From: Felis catus
Lineage: Eukaryota
DNA length: 64,000 bases
NCBI RefSeq assembly: GCF_018350175.1
Contig: NC_058368.1
Location: 80,106,001 to 80,170,000, forward strand
Reading direction: 5' to 3'
Shown: positions 1-14,003 of the stretch, in pieces
How positions within the stretch are numbered: position 1 is the first letter of the stretch
Layout of the letters: every line of letters begins with the position of its first letter
Notes under the pieces: generated by a model
Database searches by the model: none
Seen by the model: only the letters and a program-made list of their open reading frames with translations
What the model was told of the DNA's origin: nothing
Position numbers and translations under genes: made by a program

Positions 1-284
1 GGTTCTGGCTCATCTGATGCTACAGTAGCTGCAGCATCTCAATTACGTGGTTATTTTCTGTAGTGAAACTAGTATTGCAGCAGGTGTAGACAGGGTCCAC
101 CTAACTTGTAGATCACAGGTAGTGATGTGCTTTTATGTTTGTCATCATGAGAAAAACCCCGCTTCCTTTTAGCCATGGAGGTTGGCATGTCTTCAACACT
201 CAAACATGCACTGTGTACCATCTACGAACAAGGCACTTGTCTAAGAGAAAGGGGTGCATGAGTGAACAGGGGGGTCCCCTGAAC

Positions 285-465
285 AGCAGGGGCGAAGACC
301 CCAAAGTAAGGGTGTGCCCTGAGTGCTTAAGGGGCAGCAAGGGGAGACGCTGGTGCGAGGCCAGGTCCAACAGTAAAGGTCAGGGGCGGCGAGAAGATTG
401 TGTCCAAGTCTTAGGGAAATGAGAAACCATTTGAGGGATGTCCTTAGAGAAGTCATGTAACTTAT
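285..465 (-). mobile_element. Degenerate L2 LINE fragment
   Basis: Resembles recalled antisense L2 motifs (gaaaccatttgagggatgtccttagagaagtcatg); ends approximate. Confidence 0.45.
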
Positions 466-602
466 AACTCAAGTCACAGAGCTCTTCATATGGGGAGGCT
501 GGTGAGGTTCATGTTTTGGTGATCTAGTCTACTCAAAGAAAATACCATGAAATAGTAGATTATACACAGCCGTAGTTGGAAACTAGAACTTGAAAACCAA
601 AG

Positions 603-935
603 TATTCGTTTGACACACAGCGATTACATACCTACCACACACCAGGTCCCGTCTTGGCACCGGGAATACAGAAGTAAACAAAGCAATCAATATCCCTAAT
701 CTTTTGGAGCTTTCTAGCCCCGTGATCTCCAAAACAACTTTCTGCAGAGATGGAAATGTTCTATATCTATGCTGTCCATCCTGGCTACTTGAGCATTTAA
801 AATGTAGTTAGAGAAATTTTAGATTTTATTTAATTTTAGTTAACAAAACTTCAAATTGAATAGCTCCCATGGCTTCCATATTGAAGATCACAGTTCTAGG
901 GAGTACGGAGGTGGAGAGTAGGAGAGACAATGAAC
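603..935 (-). mobile_element. L2 3' end fragment interrupted by MER3
   Basis: cctaccacacaccaggtcccgtcttggcaccgggaatacagaagtaaacaa...ggagctttctag resembles antisense L2 3' end and resumes after 894. Confidence 0.6.
719..893. mobile_element. MER3-like hAT-Charlie DNA transposon (MITE)
   Basis: aactttctgcagagatggaaatgttctatatctatgctgtcc...ttttatttaattttagttaa matches recalled MER3; ttctag on both sides (712-717, 894-899). Confidence 0.8.
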
Positions 936-3900
936 TCACTGTGAATCTATAGGAATGTTCTAGATATCAAATCCTAGACAAAAATAAAGCACAATATAAA
1001 GTCAGGGTTTTGTGAAAGTAAGACCAAGATTGCAACTTGCTTATATCTTACTAAAAGCATGTTATCTCAAAAATATAGAGACCCATGAGCAGGGCACATT
1101 GGAAGTGGTGTCTGAACTGAACATGATTCATCACATCCTCGACCTTGCCCACAGCCTCAGGGAAACCTGCATTTCCAGCGTGAGCTCTGGTCAGGGCCTC
1201 CGCTTCTAGAAACTCCTTGTCTAGCTGCTTTGGTACAGGAGACCTTTGCTCACCCAGCCCTCAGCTTTGGAACATCAGGCTATTCTCGCTGTCTTTCTGG
1301 CAAGATCAAGTAAGCATTTTCTTAAAGCAGGGCTTTCAGTAAACTGTGTGGAAACGCATTAGTGGTGCAGCTGGAGAAGAGAGATACGGTTACATGGCTC
1401 AGGCCCACTCCCCATTTTACCTGGCCCAAGATGGTAATTGTTTCATTTTGCAAGGACCATTATGACAGGTAGTCAGGATTTGACAGAAAACAGGCCCGTT
1501 GGGAGCTCATCCAAAAGGAAGAATACATTATTCAGATCCTAAAAAGACAAAATTTAATACCGCCTTGCTGAATGGATTCAGAGAACATCATTCTGGACAG
1601 AATCTCCTGGTTGAAAGTCAGTGCTTAGAGAAAACACATGTTTTCATCACCATCGAAATCATCATGGTCTTTATCCCCAGGACAAACTACCCTGGGTTGT
1701 TTCCTACCAGTAAAATATGTTGTTAAATAATAGGAACCATGAAAGTCACTGGTGAAAATTAACCACAGTGGTCGTGGCCTAGCATTTATCCACCTCAACA
1801 GAAATGGCCATGATACAACTGCTGATGGGGAGCAGATACTTGACAGATGATGGAGTCAGCAGAGAACACATTTGCAAGCAGGAGTGGTACATGTTCAGTG
1901 ATGAATAATGAAGCATTGGCCCATCGGATGTCTTTAGTACCTGAGTGCAAAGGAAGAATTGTAAAGGTCTTCCTACTTGATTCATCCATTTCTCCCTCTT
2001 CCAATGAACACTGTACACAAACACACCCAAAAAATCACGTGGGCAGCTCGTGCCACATTGCGTGGCACATTGTCGCCGCACTGTGGTCTTGAGTGTCCAG
2101 GTGTTGCCCATAAAAGATGGCTGCCTTGGTGCCACAGACACCACAAATCTTCCACGAAGCGTCTGTTACTCTGGAAACACTGGGGGGAGGTGACGCCCAC
2201 TATCTCGTTCTGAGAGAACCACACATCCAAACGTTCCCCTCGGAATTTACACCTAAACACACGAAGCGTAGAGTAGACATTCTCAGAACCCACGCAGAAG
2301 AGGGAGCCACGTTGAGAGAAAACCGTTTGTTTGGTTTTTTTTTTTTTTTTTTTTTTGCACATAGGCGGGTCTCTGTTCCCCAACCCTTTAGACCTTAACT
2401 GTGATCAGATTTTGTGTGTATGTAGAAAGTATGGTTTCTGCAGAAGCACAAAATTGGCCCTGCGAGGTCTGCCGGCTGGTCAGAGCGGGTGGAGGAGCCC
2501 CCAGGAGCTTCCCATGAATTCTGGGTGGTGGCCTGAGCCAGCGGAAGCTCAGGGACCCAGCCCGTCCCTGCCAGCCTCTGGCACTTAGGGTGGCGACCCA
2601 ATAATTAAGTGGGCGCTGGTCCAGAGCTGACCATCCTGGGGAAATGGCCTTTCATGGCTTTAAGGAAAATATCACATCAGTCCATAGCCAGAATGATGAT
2701 GGTAGTAACGATTTTGTGTCTTGATTGAAAATCTCACACAGACGCCAATAGATGGCTGATAAACTGGGAGAGACAAATGAATATTTCTACTGTTCTAGAA
2801 CCGAACCAAACCAAAGCTCTGCCTTCAGAAATCCTTCGTTTTTCCTACCTCCTGATGGAATGTTTTGACAAGTATAGCATTAAAGCATTTCCCCTCTCTG
2901 TTACAGAAAGAACGCCAGTCTTCAAAGACCTTTGTTTTGTTTTATTCACTTCCAATTCATTCTAAGTAAACAATTGCAGGATTTCTGAAACGACCAGAGC
3001 AAGGTTGTTACCGAGCATGATCTGCTTTCTGAAAGCAAGTCTGAAAACAGAAATGTTTGCTCTGAGTTGGTCATCTGTCTACACAGGGGAAGATAGGGCC
3101 TCACGTGGCCTGGTCTAGTCTTCGTGTGCCGAAAGCATGCGTGTCGCACCTGCCCACTGTGGTTTCGTCTCAAAGTGCTTCCCAAGTGAGCTACCTGACC
3201 AGAGGCTCCGTGCGCTTGCGTCGTAGTACTCAGACATCACACTGCTTCCATAGCAAAGAGAAAACCAGTAGGTCGCATGGCAAAGTTTTGAAAATACTTT
3301 TTGTTTTCTTCCAGAGATAGTTAAATAGTAACCAGAGAATAATGGCAGAAGTGACCAGACGAACTCTTCCTACACACACTTTCCTCACTGAGGGGCCTTC
3401 GGAATGTGCTGCCTAAATGGACACATACTTGGGGGGTGCCCTGGGAAGAAGGAAATCAGGGTCATCTCATCTCTGCTTTGTGTTCTTCCTTTTAAATCAG
3501 AGGGAACCACCCTTGTCCTTCAAAGTCACAGGCAGAGATACTGTACTCATCACTGGCATTCGGGTGAGCAGAAGATCAATTTATTTCTGACAGCTTTTAG
3601 GCATTTCAAATTTTTCTTAAGAAACCGCCCAACCTGAGGTCCCAAACAGCCTGTGATTCTGAGCCCTCTGGCATCCCACCCAAGTTAGCACATTGTGGTG
3701 TAGACAACCAAATCATTCAAGTCGTCAGATGTCTGACTCATATGGGAAGCACAAAGCAGGCCTTCAAAAGGGCATATGTCCCCACTGATGAGAAAGGTCA
3801 AAATATCCCTGTCCCTTCCCTCTCTGTGTCCAGCCTAAAAGTTTAAATTCTGGAAGAATGAAGCAGGAACAGCCGCCCCAGTAACGCAATACAGACCTTG

Positions 3901-6900
3901 TATTGAGGACAGTTTCCTCCTGAGCCACTGTGAGGGCATTAAAAATCCCGCCATAGGAACAAAAGTTTTTGTATCCAAAACACTGTTGGGATGGATAATT
4001 CCTAAAGGATTGGAACCAGAAAGCGGTGGGGGAGACAAAACAAAATGGAAGTGAAATGGAAGTCATTAATGCTGGGCAAATAATATCTTTGGCCTAATAG
4101 TCCTCGGCTGCCTTGTCAGTGTTGATGTTTTTTATTAAACTGTTGTCTTTGCAAGGCACTGTAACTACTCTTCAAACCTAAAGTCTGTTTTAAATAAAGA
4201 AACAGAAGGACGAATGAGTTCTATGGTGAGCCTGGTCTCAGTAATAAAAATTAAAGCGCTGGCATGTTTCAGCTCTGCATGGTAGTAATTATTTTCTTTT
4301 AAAAAAAATATACTTTAAGTGGCGATAATGGCATTTTTAAAGGCTTGTGAAGATACTGCTCATATTTCAAAAGAACCCTAACGTCCAGATCAGTTTTTAT
4401 GCATCGCACCCAGATTTAGCATCTGTCAACAAAAGTAGCGTTTCTCAGATTTGGTTAAAAAAACACGTTGCCAGAGCCTTTGAGGACGCACACGTCTGCA
4501 AGGAGATAGAATAAAATTAACAGAATTCTGTGATTCTCTGAGGAGCAGTTCTCTTTTTTATGTTGCTTTTAACATCCTGCTCGTCAGCCCGGCCTAGAGA
4601 GGAGGCAGGTCTCGTGCCCAAGCAGCCCGGGGGGGCACCAGGGTGAGCCTCATGAGCAAGCCTGTCACAGTTCAGGCCACACCTCTGCAGTCTGAAGGAG
4701 GAGAGAACTGACCAGGAGCCCAGACAATTCAAGCAGAACCCTGAAACATGAGGCCAGGCTTCCTGTGCTTGGAGCCTGGGGGTGAATTCCTCATCCTTTA
4801 ACACCTGATATTTTACAAATATTTGTGTTTCTCTCCATAGAATGATAGAATTACAGGTGTAGTATGTTGACAAGTTTTGTCCCTGGTGTCACACCCAGGA
4901 AAAAGAGAAGAGGGCATCTGAGATTGATGGCAGCCTGTTCTGTTCTTGGGTGTTAAAAAAAAAACAAAAAACAAAAAACCCCACCTCAGAGTAGATTTAT
5001 ATGTGTCCAGAGTAAAGCACATGTTAAAAACTCCATTAATGAAAAGTGTAGTATATTACTGCAAAAGAAAAGAATCTAAGTCCTAACCAAAAGTTGAACC
5101 AAAAAAGTTCAGCTGTCCCCCAAGATCAGAGTTTTCCTTTGAGACTTGCAGAGAACAGTGAGACCCACTTAAAGTTTCGAGACAGTAAGATTCATTCCGT
5201 AAGCTTCACTTAAAAGAGACCCAGTGGTCGACATACCACTGACAAGAAGTTGAATTGAGCCTGTTTGAGCCCCTAGGATATTTCTTTCTGTGCCTTGTGA
5301 ACTTCACATTTTTCATAAGAGTTGATCCCTCCTGTAGCTGGTGTTTTTCATGAGTTTGTTTTGCCCTGAAAGAGTAGATTTTGAAAGCAAGAGATGCCAG
5401 GACGGTGACATCAGCCTGCTTCTCAAGTGTTGTACAGGAGGTTAACTTAAGATCATCCTGGAAAGGTAGGCTTAGTCTCTGCAAGTCACAGAAGAAAGTT
5501 CTGTTAGTGCCACAACTGTGTTATACGTAAACAGTCATTTTTAAGCACTCAGTCAAACTAGAGGCAAGGAGAAAGAGGTTGAACTAAGTAATAGCATTAG
5601 GGTGTTTAATTTGAAATCCAAGAAGGCTGACGTAACACATGTGCTGTAGCATAGCTGTATGGGGAGTTTCGTATGAGTGTCAGCCATCATCAGATGACAA
5701 AAATTTGTGCCATCGAAGAGAGCACTGTTGGACACTACTGACAAGTGGTTTGCCAACCAGAACCCCATCACAGCACATGAGAGGTGGCCCTGCACTGGGG
5801 TGTGTGCTGTAGTTGTTCCCACCAGAGCTCTTGAGGATGCTGCCCTGGACAAAAGCTTAGCTTTGATACGTGCCCGTGTCCCTGCAGGAAGGAGCCCTCC
5901 CTTGATCGCACCCAAGCATACACACAAGCATGGATGCGCCAGATGTCAGTGCCCATGCACCACTCCAGCCCAAGCCCCTCTGACCCCAGTGAGCTTTCCC
6001 TTCCTGCATCCCTTTACCAGCCCCCAGTCAAATCTCCTTCTCCCCCACATCTACTGATCTGAGCAAGATTATAGGAAAGCACACGATCTCCTAACCTTTT
6101 TCATATTAAACTATCATGTGTTGCATAAACTGGGTCCCTGACTTCCTGACCCATTGCTTGTGTGAAGATGGTCTCCTAAGTTTCTCCCTTTCCTCCTTCA
6201 GTCCTGGAGCAGCTGCCTGACCCAAGTGAGTGCTTGGAGCTATTTCCTCTCTGGATCTGGATGCTATGCTTCTGAACCCCACCGTAAAATCCTGTCACCC
6301 CTATGTTACCAAACACATTCTTGCATGGGCTCACAAGGGATATACTTCTCCCCCCAAATCCATTTTTTATGTAAGTTTTTTGTCACGTTCCTTTTTGGTT
6401 TTGCTTTTTGACTATCAGCCTTCCATGTGTAGAATTAGTTTTTAAACCCCAATCCAGGGTTTTACTTTGATTGCTGTGAAGTTGTTACAAGATACAGCCA
6501 GCATTTTCGACTTGGGGATGGGGACACACAGGCGTTCTCCTGCCCCGGGTCTCTGTCCCTCCTACTTGTCCAGTACTGAGCTAATTCAAACACAGACATT
6601 CCATGAAGATGGCTAGTAACCAAAAAGGAGATTTCTAAATGTTAATTGCCGCTGATATTTTTAGGACTTTTTATTTTGAGGATAGCATCGATGAAAAGGG
6701 GTATGTAGCCATCTGCATACCCTTGAGTAGAATAATCAGACTAAGGAAGTAAACAAAAAGAACTTTGTGGATGAAAATGAACTCCTTAATTCCAGAAGAT
6801 TAAAAAGACTTCTTTAGTAGAAGGAAATAAAATTTAACAAAACGGTTGCCCTTCAAAAATGTCAGTTATCTTGGAAGGAAAGATGAGTAATGGAAATCCC

Positions 6901-9824
6901 ATGTGGATCAGAAAGATGAATAGATTAGTCCCATGAAACTAGCATTGACAGAGGGCGAGGGGCCCTGTACCGCCACCCCACACCCCTTTCCAGCAGACAT
7001 GGGGGCCGTCTGAGAAAGCTTCCAGGATAAGATCATTCTTCTTAGAATTAACATATAAAACATTCAAAAAATAACCCCAGGATTTTGAAATATGCACATT
7101 ATCTGTGTGTGTACATATGCGTATGCACATTTATGGATTTTCATTTAGTGTATTTTATGTTTATTAAATACATATTTTATGTGTGCGTGTTTCCAGGAAA
7201 AAAAGCATTTTGCTATCATAGAAAACCCTTTATCACATGCTCAACATGGAATTTTAGTTATTTTTAGCATTTAATCTTATCTCACAAATTGAAATGAAGT
7301 CTGGCATGTATTTGGAATACCCTGAAACTTTATTAGAATACACTATTGCCTTTTTACATTTGTCAGGTTTTTATATCAAACCTAGTCCTGATGTTCCTAA
7401 ACACTAGGCACAAGAATTGATTATTTTTGACAACATCAGGTGTTTAAATCTGCTTCTCCTTTGGGCGTGAATATCCCCTGTCCTTTGGGAGACATGGGGG
7501 GCGGGTGGGGGTGTCACTGTCACAGGGGAGAACGCTAGAATCCAACTTTCCTCCTCTGGACTGACGTTCACTGTTCCAGGAATTCATTGTCGTTCCCATC
7601 CCCACCCATATGCCCCAGTGATCTCTATATTCTGCTGGCTGTGCGTCAACAGGAACTCCCAGAATAAACCGGCAGGGAGTTGGCGCGCAGATAGGAAGGG
7701 AGGCAGGGGCTGGGGGCACAGCCAGGACCACACTCCCACCCCAGGCAGCTGGGGGGATTCCCTCACCTTCTGCTTTGTTTTTAGATAAGGATGCTACATC
7801 CTACTCTGGGAGTTTCCAAGTGTCCTTACTGTATTTCACGGAAATTTAGAACATAAAAGAAACACGTACAATTGGATATTTCAAGAAGTTCTGGACAAGG
7901 GTGCCATTGATTTTCCCTGAGCCAGACACCCTGGGGCCCCACGGAGCACCGTGGAGGTGGTTCCTTTGGCAGGGGGGCCACAGACCCTCGCCCGGGGTGG
8001 GGTCACGCACAAAGAGAAACACTTTCCCAAAACCTCTCCACAGACGTTTTTTTGTCCTAAAAAAGATAATAACATTTCTGTCTCTGCAGACCAAGTCAGA
8101 TTGACCCGTTTTTCCTCCCTGTGAATCGTAAGCTATTTCAGAATCAGTGAGCCTCCTTCTGACAGGTCAGGGCGAGGATGGGAAAAAGTGCCATTTTAAT
8201 CAAAATAATTAGTGTTCTGTTGTTTGAAGTTCAGAGGCATCTTACTGTTTGTATGTAATTGTGATTCATTTCTAACATGTGCTATTTCTGGAAGGCACGT
8301 AAGCTTTTTTTTTTTTTTTTTCATCTATAACGATCTTTTCTCCTACTACCAACAGAGGTAACCTGAAAAGACAAAATGTCCTATTTAAAGTACACGTATT
8401 CTTGCACTGATATTTTTCCACAATGCTTTAAGTCTCATCTTGTGGCCACTCTAGCAAAGCACATGAAATAACCATTAGTATCTTGTTCCATTTTTTTTTC
8501 TAAATAGCAGGTGTTTCCTATGCCTTTTTGGCAGGTTTTGTTGTTTGTCTTTTGTTTGTGTGTCTCAATTTCCCATTGTCTGGGGTGTGCACAATGCCTG
8601 TTATGGAAGATTATTGTTCTGGTTCACATGGTTTTACTTCCAAACTTTGGTGTGCATTCCTGTCGTGTGTTGGCCACTATGGAGCAATCTACTCCATTTT
8701 TGAATAGCCATATGGTTTAGTGACTAAACATTTATTTTGGGATGCATAGTATTTCTCAGAGGTGGGATGTCCACTACCTGTTTTTGCAATTAACAAAAGA
8801 ATCCTGATGACCTAGGCCTAAGTTCTTCCTACCAGTGCTCTTACTCACTTTGGGGTTATTTGTTCTATTTTAAGAGAGCACTTGGGCTACGAACACCCAG
8901 ATGGATTCAGGACTCCCCTCACGCGTGCTGCCCAGCCAACACCAATTACTTTGCAAAAGCACCTTGTAGGTGGGGAAATGTCCCACGCATCATAGCCTTC
9001 TCTACCTTCCTTGGTATTTGATCATGACTTTTGGTAGCTAGTATATTTTCAAGAACATATTTTATCTTATTTTCATGGAGTGTCCAATGCAGAGGGTTTC
9101 GGGTAGTGAAATATTAGACTTCTCTGCTTTAAAGAGGAAAAATCAAAATATCGCATAGAACCATCCCCCTCTCCCCGCCACGGGATCAGCTAATCACAGA
9201 TATGGAGCAGCCATCACCTCAAAGCACTGTACTGAGAAATTCCGTAACATGTTGGATTTAAACAAAGGGCTTCACTCTCTCCTGTCTCTGTGTGTGGCTT
9301 CAGTACACCCGCGGGGTTTCCCAGGCTGAGAAGCATGCTTTCCCATAGAGCCACGGCTCACAGAGCCTTGCCATGCAGAGCTTGAGGACTCTGGGAATCT
9401 GCGGTACCCCTGAAATTCTAACTCTGCTGAATTTTGTATGAAAGTCCATCACATCTTAACGCCTCCATCATTCAGCATCTGTTAAATCAGCTTCTTCCTA
9501 TCTCTGTGATTTTTTTTTACCACTTTTTAACTGTAAGTTGATGAGGCACGTGCTAAGGTGAGCATCCCTTCTATTTTTACTCTTGTGGATTCTAGAGTTC
9601 TTCAAGGACATAATGTAGCACTTGACAGAGATTTTGTGTGTCTGCACCATAGACTACAGAATTTGGAATAACTCCTCAAATTACCCAGCTTGAGAGTTCG
9701 CAACTGGACTGAAGTTTTATTAATAAGACCGTTGTATCATATTCAAATTTAGCACATGCTGTGCGTGAAAGGAAAACACAGAAAATGGGGCCCAGTTGGG
9801 TCACCGTGTGTTATGATGGTGCCC

Positions 9825-10035
9825 GGCACACACTGATGGCTTATTGTGGGCGAGGTGCTTGCTAAGTGTTTTGCATTCATTAATTCACAGTCCTTCCAAG
9901 AGCCTGTGATGTGGCCCCTGGTGTGTGTTGAGGAAATCCAATGGAGAACAATGAAGTGAGCTGTCCAAAGTTCCATCGTTAGAGTTGAGGAAACCAAATC
10001 AGAAGCCCATCCAGGAGCCTGTACTCTTGACTTTT
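9825..10035 (-). mobile_element. MIR SINE relic
   Basis: tgctaagtgttttgcattcattaattca...tgaggaaa...gtgagctgtccaaagtt core. Confidence 0.65.
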
Positions 10036-10804
10036 CCTGAAGGGCCTCCTTTAAAATCTGGGTATGAGGTTGCACATTTGAAACTCAGTTGTTCCTAATT
10101 ATCTTTTCTTCCTCAACCTATAATTTCTGCATCAACGATTTCTTTTTCTAAACAAAACCACGAAGCCAGAGAAGAAACAAAAATATATAAAGCCACAATT
10201 TTGTAAATTAAAAATCCATCCTTTCCACATCTGCTTGCGTTTATGCTCTCTCTCTCTTCTCCTCTGGAGGCAGCTCTGTTCCATGAATTGGCAGATCTCC
10301 TATTTGAAAACCAGCAGGCTCTCCAAATATGGCAAATGTTCTCCTCATTTCCCTCAGCACCAGCTGCCCTGCTCCCACCCGGTTCCGCCCCCCTGCTCCT
10401 CTCAGTGTTCACCCGCCCCACCCGACTCTTGTAACCTTGTCCTGATTACACCACCAGAGTTCCATTAAATGCATGGTTTTCTGTCCTCTTCGGAAGCATT
10501 CCCAAAGTTCAAGAACCCCCTGAACGGACTGGAAGTTTTTTAAGACTATTCTTAGTAGATCAAGGGGTGATGTTAAGCAGCTCTGCCAATAAACCTCCTT
10601 GTAGCGTTGTTCCATCCCAGAATGGATTCATATAAGCCCTGGTTTTAAGCCCTGTTCCTTCTAGAGCCCTTTCACGTCAGGACCTACCTACTCACGCGGG
10701 GCCTATGGAAGACATCCCACGGTACAAGAAAATGCGGTGTCCGTGCACTACAGCATTCACTCTGAGATGTAACGTGGTCTTAGTATGTGGGAGTGAGAAG
10801 GGCA

Positions 10805-11020
10805 GGTAAAAGTCTTCACTTTGGAGTCAATTTCCAGCTCTACCGCTTATGTCTGTAGACCCTGGGGGACTCACGTATATTCCTTGGCCTTCAATTTCTT
10901 CCTCTGTAAAGTAGGATAGTAATACCCACCCGAGGTAGTTTGAAAGAGGTAATATTCTTCAATGCTTAAATGTCCAGTGTCTGGCATGCTCTCAGTGTTC
11001 AACAAACGGTGGATATTACC
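10805..11020 (+). mobile_element. MIR SINE relic
   Basis: ccttcaatttcttcctctgtaaagtaggatagtaatacccacc core; tctggcatg...tcaacaaa 3' part. Confidence 0.75.
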
Positions 11021-11235
11021 GTGGATGTGTTACTTCTCCCTGGCGTCCTCATTATCACGGAAAATGTGAGTCAACTGGATATGGCTGGGGGTGGCTGGCT
11101 TTCTGGGTGAACATCCTTACGGTTAGCCCTGTGCCGTCGGGAGGGGTGGAACACCTGAGCCACTGGAAACAGCAGTACTTGATCACAGGAAGAGCTTTCA
11201 AAAGAAGCCCCAGTGGCCACCTCTTCAGAGAATCA

Positions 11236-11265
11236 CCCCCCCCCCCCCACACACACACACACACA
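11236..11265. repeat. poly-C followed by (AC)n
   Basis: Direct reading. Confidence 0.9.
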
Positions 11266-11371
11266 CCTGGTTCTGCTTCGATCATGGAGAGATTCATCAA
11301 GTTGAGCTCAACTTGGTGAAGCAATACTAAAACTTCAGGTGATAGAAAAACATGTTCAAGAAGATAAAATT

Positions 11372-11476
11372 GGTGCCCCTGGGTGTCTCAGTCAGTTGAG
11401 TGTCCAACTCTCATTTTCAGCTCAGGTCATGGTGTCACGATTCGGTAGTTTGAGCCCTGCATCAGGCCTGCTTGGG

Positions 11477-11529
<53 letters not shown>

Positions 11530-11580
11530 CTCTCTCTCTTTCTCTCCCTCTCTCTCAAAACAAATAAACTTTAAAAAAAG
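11372..11580 (+). mobile_element. Can-SINE (internally deleted) with long (CT)n
   Basis: tRNA-derived head, (CT)n linker, A-rich tail. Confidence 0.9.
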
Positions 11581-12339
11581 AAAGTAAAATCCTCTTAATA
11601 TATACTTTATAAAAATTAGACTAATTTATAGTTAATAGTTTCATACTGACATAATTTAAACGTATTACAAGTGTATTTAAACAAAGCTTTTGTTTGCAGA
11701 ACATCTCTGGTTGGAAAAAAAAAAAGTGCACGTTGTCGAAATGTTTTCCTTGTTAGCCGTCAAAACCCAGACTGGAAAAGAGAAGGGTTTGCTCCGACAG
11801 AGAACAAACAGGCATGTGGGAACCCGGCAGAGACCTAAGCACGTCTTGCAAGAACGCTCAAACCTCTGTCACATTTTAGATGACTCTGGCAGAGGGGATA
11901 GCCCAGCTGTCTTGAATCAAACTATAACGTGAAATCGAGAATTTCAACAGGCTTCGTCAGGCCTCTGTTCCCTGCGACTAGTGCTTTCTGTGTTCTCTGT
12001 TGAAAAGTGAGAGGCATGCCTCTTGGGTTTTACCTTCGTTTATACTGGCTCTTTGCTCTTGAAGGATGAGTATCGGAGATTTGCTCATCACATGGTTTGC
12101 AAATAAAACATGGACATAAGGAAATCTAGACAAGAGGAAAAAAGTTTTGTCCAAAGGAAAATAGACATGGAACGAATTGAGAGACTTTTAGGTCTAGAAG
12201 GAACCTTATCCCGCTAGGAAATGTCATCCGCAGGTGAGGAAACTGAGGCCCACCCTCATCTAGAGCCCCTCCTTCCGGGACTTCTGCACTCCCGGAGGTT
12301 CCCCAGGATGGAACAAGACTATAGAATTACAACAAATGA

Positions 12340-12516
12340 GGGGCCCCCGGGGGGCTTAGTCCATTGAACATCCGGCTCTTCATTTCGGCTCAGGTCATGA
12401 TCTCACAGCCGTGAGTTTGAGCCCTGCGTTGGGCTCCATGCTGAGTATGGAGCCTGTCTGGAGCCTGTCTGTATGGAGCCTGTCTTTCCATCTGCCCCAC
12501 TCGCGCTCTTGCGCTG

Positions 12517-12549
<33 letters not shown>

Positions 12550-12587
12550 GTGTTTCTCAAATAAAAAATAAGTGAAATTTTAAAAAA
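12340..12587 (+). mobile_element. Can-SINE with internal triplication
   Basis: Head, (CT)n, tail; degenerate TSD ttacaacaaatga/ttacaacacatca. Confidence 0.9.
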
Positions 12588-13154
12588 CAGTTACAACACA
12601 TCAGGCAGCCTTTTAAAGTTGATCTAAAGAGCTGGGAGAAAACAGCAACCAAAGCAAGTTGATTACAAGCCACAAAAATGATCAGTAAAATCTGTTTTAC
12701 AAAGAAATTATTAATGCAGATTCTGTCTGCGACAAAATTCATTTTGAAATCCGCGCCAGCAGGTGCATTCTGAGTTCAGTGTTCTCTACAGACAGCCTTT
12801 GTGTGCTATTTAGGAGATATGAATTGTCGGAAAGACCAGGAAAAATATCTCCTATCTGATCTGCCCTGTCCTAAGGCGAGTAATTTGATCCCTTGGTGCA
12901 TTCCTTATCCCCACCTTGGTGGCAAGACTGCTGTCTCCCAGGCTCACGGTGCACAGCCCTGTGCTGATACCAGTAGACAAAATCACAGATGAGAGCTGCT
13001 CATTTGTCTTGGGGAGGACCCTCCTGGTTTGCTCTCCAGGTTTGTGAGGGAGATAACAGACCCGGCAGCAGTGAGCCCGGGTATAACTACTTGGCCGTGA
13101 TGTGTAGGCACACACCTAGGCCACAGGCATGGCAGAGACCTCACGTGGCTGCAC

Positions 13155-13357
13155 CAGACATTCTCACCCAGCGCAGTTCTGCCCCCCAAGGGACACTGGG
13201 CAAAGTCTGGAGACATTTTTGGCGTCACAAGTAAGGAGAGGGTGTTCCTGGCACGTAGGGGCTGGGGGTGCCGGGAGCACCTGCCGCGAGGGGCAGTCCA
13301 CAGGAGACAGCTATCTGGCCCAAGCGTGGTGGGCTGGAGCCCCAAGGAGAGAACGAG
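13155..13357. mobile_element. MER20-like hAT-Charlie element
   Basis: tgccccccaagggacactgggcaaagtctggagacatttttggcgtcacaa matches recalled MER20. Confidence 0.8.
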
Positions 13358-14003
13358 TGGCCACGCACTGCAAGAGCCCAGGACGGCCCCCTTCCCATCT
13401 CACTGCTCATTTCAGCCCTCGTTTCAGCAAATGTTTGTGTGCCCTACTGTGCACCAAGCCCCGGGGGTAGGGACCGGAGGGGGCTTGCAGAGTCCCTGCT
13501 GCAGCAGTAGCTCTGTGATGCCTTCCTGCTGGCGTACCCCCAGATCTGAGTCTGGAGGGGCCATAACGGCTGGGCCACGGAGCCCAGAGCCAGGACACTG
13601 CGGTCAAATGCTGCGTCCCACGTGCATGACACCTTGTTTCCTCCCTTGGCACCGCTGTCTCAGGCCTGGAACAGAGCACGTGTGGGATGGGGGACGCAGA
13701 GGGCCTGCTCCAGGGTCGGGGTCCTGCTTATGCAGGAGGCGTGGCCGAGCTCCATATTTGCTGGAAGGAAATGGCCGCATATTAACCTCATCTGCCCACA
13801 GGAGCCTCTCACCAATCTGTGCACCCCCCTGCCCGCCTCCTCCCCCTTCTCCGGCCTCAGTGGCGCCCCCTCCCTGGTCACCCTCAGCTTTCCTTTGTTA
13901 TGAACCCTTAGCAGGCCAGCCCTCCTGCCAGCCTCCCCGGCTTCACACCCTCCTGACACGCCTAGATTACTGATTGAGCTAGACTTCTTTAAAGAGCAAG
14001 TTT

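Noticed and set aside
1500..2360. Cluster of overlapping ORFs near a T-run, possible processed pseudogene
   Set aside because: No recognisable protein in any frame, no TSD, and the T-run is on the wrong side for a + strand retrocopy tail
13242..13973. 243-aa ORF, the longest in the track
   Set aside because: Non-ATG start, overlaps MER20 and L2-like relics, GC-rich low-complexity translation with no recognisable domain
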